64,000 nucleotides of DNA. Origin: an uncultured Candidatus Binatia bacterium (GTDB taxonomy: Bacteria; Desulfobacterota; Binatia; UBA9968; JAJDTQ01). The stretch lies in assembly GCA_964291295.2 (NCBI GenBank), contig OZ219754.1, forward strand, positions 1,952,001 through 2,016,000. The letters run 5' to 3'. The notes below the pieces were generated by a model that saw only the letters and a list, made by a program, of their open reading frames with translations, ran no database searches and was not told where the DNA came from. A program made the translations under genes and the position numbers. Every line of letters starts with the position of its first letter. Within the stretch, counting starts at the first letter, position 1. This document shows positions 60,425-64,000 of the stretch, piece by piece.

Positions 60425-62749
60425 ATGGCGACGAGCGAGAGGCCGCGGAGCGCACGGAATGGACAGCGCCCGGATTACCAGCGCCTGGACTACCAGGCCA
60501 AGCTCACGGGCCGCGCCGCCTATCTGGCGGACATGAAGATGCCCGGAGTCTGCGAGGGGGCGGTTCTGCGCAGTCCGGTGGCTCATGCGTGGGTCCGGTA
60601 CGTGGACGCGGCAGAGGCTCTCAAGGTGCCGGGGGTGGTGGCCGTCTACACGAGGGACGACGTCGTCCGGGGCAGCGGGATCGAGCCCTACTACGGACCG
60701 GTGTTCAAGGACCAGACCATCGTGGCGGTGGACAAGGTCCGGCACGTGGGGGATCCGGTGGCGGCGGTGGCGGCGGAGACCCGGGAGGCCGCCGAGGAGG
60801 CGGCGAACCGCATTGTCGTGGAGTACGAGGACCTGCCGCCGGTGATGGACGTGCGCGATTCGGTCCGGGAAGACGCCGTGCAGGTGCACGAGACCGTGCG
60901 CATTCCGGAGCACGGCTTTGCCGACCTTGCGGAACTCAAGCCCATCGAAGGCACCAACGTCTGCACCCACTTCAAGCTGCGCAAGGGCGACATCGAGCAG
61001 GGTTTCGCCGAATGCGCCCGCATCTTCGAGGACACCTTCGTTCTGCCCACCACCCAGCATGTGGCGCTGGAGCCCCACGGCTGCATCGCGTCGTTCCAGC
61101 CCGACGGGCGGGTGCATCTGTGGTCCACGACCCAGAACCCGTTCGTGGTCCGCACCCAACTCGCCAACATCTTCAAGATGCCGGTCTCCAAGGTCCGCAT
61201 CCGGGTGCCGTATCTCGGCGGTGGTTACGGCAGCAAGGTCTATCCCAAGATCGAGCCGCTGACCGTCGCCCTGGCGCGGAAGGCCGGGCGTCCGGTGCGC
61301 ATCGTGCTGAGCCGGGAAGAGGTGTTTTACACGGTGACCAAGCACGCTGCGGTCATCCGGATGAAGACCGGAGTCAAGGCCGACGGCACCTTTCATGCGC
61401 GGGAAGCGGAAGTCCTGCTCGATACCGGCGCGTTTGCGGAGATCGGTCCACGGGTGGCCAAGAAGTCGGCCTACACCGCGGCCGGCCCCTACAAGTTCAG
61501 GCACGTGAAGATCGACGCCAAATCGGTGTACACCAACAAGCCGCCGGCGGGCGCCTTCCGCGGCTTCGGCGTGTCCCAGTCGGCCTGGGCCAGCGAGTCC
61601 CAGACCGACATCATCGCCAGGGCGCTGGGCCGGGACCCTTACGAATTGCGCATGCAGAACATCTACGACGAGGGCGACGAGTTCGTCACCGGCGAGAAGC
61701 TTCGGAGCATCGGGGTCAAGGCCTGCCTGGAGAAGGTCGCCAGGGAGATGCGCTGGGGCGAGCCGGCGCCGGCGCCGGAGGACCCGTCCCGGGTGCGCGG
61801 CAGGGGGCTCGCGGCACTGATCAAGGCGACCATCACGCCGTCCATCTCGTGCGCCGCCATCAAGCTCAACGAGGACGGCAGCGTCAACGTGTTCACCAGT
61901 ACCGTGGAGATGGGCCAGGGGTCGGATACCGCCATGGCCGCCATCGTCGCCGGCACGCTGGGGATTTCCCTGGACCAGGTGTCGGTGCTGGGGGTGGATA
62001 CGGACGTCGTGCCCTATGATCTCACCACGTCGTCGAGCCGCTCCACCTTCCACATGGGCAAGGCTCTGGAGCTGGCGTCTCTGGATCTCTGCGAACAACT
62101 CCGCAGGTTCGTCGCCGAGGAGTACGCGGTCCCGTTCGAGGAGACCCGCGCCCAGGGCGGCAAGATTCTGTTCCGAGAAAACGCGCTGGACTTCCGCGAG
62201 GTGCTGTTCAATCATTTCGGCATGCAGGGAGGCACGCTGGTGGGCCGGGGCGAGGTGAAGACCCACACCACCGATCCGGACACCGGGGAAAAGACCACTT
62301 CGTCCTTCTGGTTCGTGGGCGCGGGCGGCAGCGAGGTGGAGATCGACAGGGACACCGGCCGGCTCCGGGTTCTCAGGCACGCCACCGCGGTGGACGTGGG
62401 CAGGGTGATCACGCCGTTGGGCTGCCAGCAGCAGCTCGTGGGCGGGGCCGTTACCGGCCTGGGCCAAGCGCTGTTCGAGCAGATGGTGTTCGACAACGGC
62501 GTCCTGGTCAATCCCAATCTGGTGGACTACGTGCTGCCGGCCTTGGGCGACATGCCCGACGAGATCACGCCCATAACCGTCGAGGTGCCTCACAGGAACG
62601 GACCCTTGGGCGCCAAGGGCATCGGCGAGACATCGCTGATCCCGGTGGCGCCTTCCATCGCCAACGCCGTGGACGATGCCGTGGGCGTGCGCATCAAGGA
62701 TCTGCCCGTGACCGCGGAGAAGATATTTCTGGGGATGCTCGACAAGTAG
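60425..62749 (+). CDS. Xanthine-dehydrogenase-family molybdopterin-binding large subunit
   Basis: RSPVAHA, LEPH, GGGYGSK, GAFRGFG, EMGQG, SSRST and GAKGIGE. Confidence 0.92.
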   Translation: MATSERPRSARNGQRPDYQRLDYQAKLTGRAAYLADMKMPGVCEGAVLRSPVAHAWVRYVDAAEALKVPGVVAVYTRDDVVRGSGIEPYYGPVFKDQTIVAVDKVRHVGDPVAAVAAETREAAEEAANRIVVEYEDLPPVMDVRDSVREDAVQVHETVRIPEHGFADLAELKPIEGTNVCTHFKLRKGDIEQGFAECARIFEDTFVLPTTQHVALEPHGCIASFQPDGRVHLWSTTQNPFVVRTQLANIFKMPVSKVRIRVPYLGGGYGSKVYPKIEPLTVALARKAGRPVRIVLSREEVFYTVTKHAAVIRMKTGVKADGTFHAREAEVLLDTGAFAEIGPRVAKKSAYTAAGPYKFRHVKIDAKSVYTNKPPAGAFRGFGVSQSAWASESQTDIIARALGRDPYELRMQNIYDEGDEFVTGEKLRSIGVKACLEKVAREMRWGEPAPAPEDPSRVRGRGLAALIKATITPSISCAAIKLNEDGSVNVFTSTVEMGQGSDTAMAAIVAGTLGISLDQVSVLGVDTDVVPYDLTTSSSRSTFHMGKALELASLDLCEQLRRFVAEEYAVPFEETRAQGGKILFRENALDFREVLFNHFGMQGGTLVGRGEVKTHTTDPDTGEKTTSSFWFVGAGGSEVEIDRDTGRLRVLRHATAVDVGRVITPLGCQQQLVGGAVTGLGQALFEQMVFDNGVLVNPNLVDYVLPALGDMPDEITPITVEVPHRNGPLGAKGIGETSLIPVAPSIANAVDDAVGVRIKDLPVTAEKIFLGMLDK

Positions 62750-62857
62750 CGGCGGGTTTCCGAACCCGAGCGGTGCGCGAAGCCGGACAGGCAGTGCAGG
62801 ACAGTCGTGGAACGACCCTGAAACGACCGTATCGTCGTGGGGCAAGGAGGAACCATC

Positions 62858-63628
62858 ATGAAACTCAAGGATCGCGTGGCGGTCATCACCGGCGCGGGCC
62901 GCAATATCGGCGAGTCGGCCGCCAGGCTGTTCGCCTCGGAAGGCGCAAAGGTGTGCGTCGCGGACATGGACCCCGGGCGGGGCGAGAAGGTGGTGAACGA
63001 CCTGAGGGACGCTGGCCATGAGGCCATCTACGCCAGGTGCAATGTCGCCAACGCCGAAGAGGTGAAGGCCATGGTGAAGGCGACGGTGGACGCCTTCGGC
63101 GGCATCGACATCCTCGTCAACAACGCCGCGGTGACGGATCACGAGACCATCTTCAGCATCTCCGAGGAGGAGTGGGACCTTGTCATCGACGTGACTCTCA
63201 AGGGACCGTTTCTCGTCGGCCGCTACGTGGCGGAGCAGATGGTCGCGCAGGGCCGGGGCGGCGTCATCGTCAACGTGGCCTCGACGTCGGGCCTTTCCGG
63301 CCGTACCGATGCCATCGCCTACATGGCGGCCAAGGGCGGCGTGGTCAACCTCTCCCGGGGCATGGCCGTGCAGCTCTCCCGGTACGACATCCGGGTCAAC
63401 TGTCTGACCCCCAACCGCTCGGGCTCTCCCGTGGGACAGGACGAGGGCGCCGAGGGGCGGGAGTTCAAGAATCTGGCGGGGCGGCTGGGCACCGCCGAAG
63501 ACCAGGCCCGGGCCATGCTGTTCCTGGCCAGCGACGACTCGGGCTTCGTGTGGGGCGCCAACCTCATCTGCGACGGCGGCGTCACCGCGGCCTCGAACTT
63601 CCCCAAGGACCGGGTGCCGGCCAACTGA
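62858..63628 (+). CDS. Classical SDR oxidoreductase
   Basis: TGAGRNIG, NNAA, NVAS, YMAAK and DGG; RBS AAGGAGG. Confidence 0.9.
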   Translation: MKLKDRVAVITGAGRNIGESAARLFASEGAKVCVADMDPGRGEKVVNDLRDAGHEAIYARCNVANAEEVKAMVKATVDAFGGIDILVNNAAVTDHETIFSISEEEWDLVIDVTLKGPFLVGRYVAEQMVAQGRGGVIVNVASTSGLSGRTDAIAYMAAKGGVVNLSRGMAVQLSRYDIRVNCLTPNRSGSPVGQDEGAEGREFKNLAGRLGTAEDQARAMLFLASDDSGFVWGANLICDGGVTAASNFPKDRVPAN

Positions 63629-63717
63629 TGGCATCCGGGTGGGTGCGGACGGCGGGCGCAGTCCGGCGGAGCCGGCGACGTGTCGGCGAAGGCGCCCGGC
63701 TTCATTGTCCAATCCCC

Positions 63718-63747
63718 TTGACATCGATTCCGGGCTTCGACTAGTGT
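63718..63747 (+). promoter_or_regulatory. Sigma70 promoter for a transcript running off the window end
   Basis: TTGACA, 18 bp, then TAGTGT. Confidence 0.5.
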
Positions 63748-64000
63748 CCTTCTGCGCTCCGTGAAGCGCGCGCCGTGAGGCGTGGAACAATGCGGTCCGG
63801 ACAGGAGACGCGACAGCGAGCGGGTCTCGCCAGCACGCCGGCGCGTTGTGACGACCCGGGTGAGGTGCTCTGCCAAGGGATGGATGAGGTTCCGGAAGGT
63901 TTCGGGACGGGGCGGCAGGGCTGGGCGGGATTGGCGGGCGGTTTCGGGCGGCGGTGTTTCGGGCGGCAGGGCGAGGCGGTTCTTCGGCGTGAGAATCCTG

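Noticed and set aside
58998-62749. Aerobic CO dehydrogenase coxMSL
   Set aside because: The large subunit has AFRGFG, not the AYxCSFR motif of form I CoxL, and there are no coxDEFG genes.
63660-63830. Glycine or cobalamin riboswitch
   Set aside because: Only isolated fragments (GGAGA, CGAAGG) are present and the conserved cores are not in the proper order.

Overview
High-GC bacterial chromosomal window with no rRNA, tRNA, CRISPR, transposase or phage genes that I can recognise. Bases 1-14425 carry a 13-gene proton-pumping NADH:quinone oxidoreductase operon (nuoA truncated at the window edge, fused nuoCD, long nuoG, E. coli-like architecture). The other ~49 kb is a dense catabolic/scavenging region. 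It holds a ThDP-dependent acyl-CoA lyase/decarboxylase + formyl-CoA transferase + domain-permuted ADP-forming acyl-CoA ligase; a signal-less TAXI-fold protein coupled to an amidase and an arylsulfotransferase; seven amidohydrolase-superfamily enzymes; two tandem paralogous ABC family-5 binding proteins; a GH65 phosphorylase; a Cys-less thiolase-fold/DUF35 pair; and a class I fumarase. It also holds an MFS exporter divergent from an HpaB-like monooxygenase + PAPS sulfotransferase, and a divergent locus joining an FbpABC-type ABC transporter, a UbiD decarboxylase, xanthine-oxidase-family molybdoenzyme subunits and SDRs. No transcription-factor gene is visible in 64 kb. Start codons were re-picked by eye (RBS, overlaps, family N-termini) where the ORF track over-extends. 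Family calls rest on motifs recognised by eye, not database searches, and all substrate assignments are inference.
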